From the human T2T-CHM13v2.0 reference genome, Homo sapiens, in NCBI RefSeq assembly GCF_009914755.1, contig NC_060927.1: a DNA stretch of 64,000 bases; one strand, 5' to 3'. Below are positions 62,767 through 64,000 of the stretch, one piece after another. Made by a program: the position numbers and the translations under genes. The first letter of the stretch is position 1. The number at the start of each line of letters is the position of its first letter. The notes under the pieces were generated by a model. That model saw nothing but the letters and a program-made list of their open reading frames with translations. It did no database searches and was not told the origin of the DNA.

Positions 62767-63110
62767 GCTGAGGGCCTGCTTTGGGGGAAGGTAATTTATT
62801 TTTGCCTGACAGAAGAACGTGCCTCACACCATGTGGCTGTGGAGGTGGGGAGGGCAACGTAGTCTTGAGAGTTCATCAGAGTCACAGCTGTTAGGGAAGT
62901 GCCTGGGCCTGGGGCCAAGGTGGACAGTGAAACAGGAAGGCTGCCCCCATTTCCACATGTGCTCACATGGGGCTCCCCCACCTGAGGCCTCCAACTACAG
63001 GTGCACCCCTCCCCTGACAGCACCCACCTCTGGTGGGAGTCTTCTGTATGATTAATAAAAAGCGTAGTAATAATAATCATATGTAATGGCCATGGTATAT
63101 TGAGTGTTAC

Positions 63111-63295
63111 TTTTTTTTTTTTTTTAGACAAGGTCTCACTCTGTCACCCAGGCTGGAGTACAGTGTCATGACACTGCAGCCTCAACTTGCCAGGCTCAAG
63201 TCATCCTCCTGCCTCAGCCTCCCTAATAGCTGGGACCGTAGGCATGCACAAGCACACCCAGCTAATTTTTTTTGATTGTTTGTACAGACAGGGAC
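63111..63295 (-). mobile_element. Truncated AluJ (right arm)
   Basis: T tail followed by agacaaggtctcactctgtcacccaggctgg. Confidence 0.85.
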
Positions 63296-64000
63296 CTACT
63301 CCCTTTGTGCCACAGATTGAGCTTGACAGATGGCCCAGAGGGTGAGGGGGCTTTCAGGAACTTGTCTGGGCTCTATTGTTTATGAACCATGAGATCTTTG
63401 CAGGCTCCTTAACCTTTCTGTGCCTCTGTTTCCTCCTCTGTGAAATGGAGAGAATGGCTCCAACCTCTGCCTTGTGAGGGTGCACTGAAGCAATGTGTGT
63501 GTAACAGGCTCCGGACAGCGCAGGGTGCACAGTGAGTGCACTACTCTTCGGTCATCCAGCACTCTTAGGAGGACGTGTTTCATCCCATGGAATCCTCACC
63601 AGCCATGTGTGAGGAGTGCTCACTTTACAGATGAGGAAACAGGCTTGGCAATATCAGGTAACCTGCCTGAGGCCACCTGGCCTCCCTTCTGCTCCGGCAG
63701 AAGCCCCACCCTGGCCTGGGTAAGCCTGGGAGCCAGTGCCACATCCTGATGGGGATGTGGACAGGGAACAGGCAGCCTCTCCGCCCTCCAGTGCCCTGAG
63801 GAGCAGCCTCCAGAGGAAGAGGAGTTGCCAGTCTCCCTGGCCTGCCAGGAAAAGGTGAGTCCTGAGGCAGTCCTGTGGGGTGCATTGGCTATCCAGGGAG
63901 GGAGAGAGGAGGAGGTCAGAGGCCTGGTCTTGATTCTCATGGGCTTCCCTTCCTGCAGCCCTTCCTTTTCCTTTGGCCACTCATGACTGCGGGTTCCAGC

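Overview
Human genomic DNA from the 3' half of LARS2 (mitochondrial leucyl-tRNA synthetase, 3p21.31) on the + strand. The window opens inside a coding exon ([10 protein letters not shown]...) and holds ten coding exons: 1-173, 4648-4746, 8815-8952, 21507-21607, 24466-24648, 26275-26444, 28592-28669, 32369-32480, 50185-50312 and 55710-55889. All are GT-AG with consistent phases and splice into one open frame ending ...LINFLVQD*. By my recollection of the 903-aa protein these are exons 13-22 (residues ~451-903), and all exon and residue numbers below rest on that recollection. A ~1.3 kb 3'UTR ends after AATAAA at 57174. Three minus-strand exons in the introns match the antisense lncRNA LARS2-AS1. 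The forensic STR D3S1358 (17 repeats here) lies in the long intron at 49091-49158. The rest is mostly Alu, L1, MIR, LTR and MER repeats, and nearly all ORF-track entries are repeat-derived or chance frames. I found no new gene system. The best leads are a candidate in-frame alternative last exon (62813-63059) whose stop overlaps a poly(A) signal, a 66-bp direct repeat bracketing exon 20, an AP-1/NF-kB cluster at the antisense start, inverted-Alu architecture around the weak exon 19, candidate poison exons, a CTCF site, an inverted-Alu deletion scar, and an old minisatellite with a 22-bp palindrome. Repeat boundaries and subfamilies were called by eye and are approximate.
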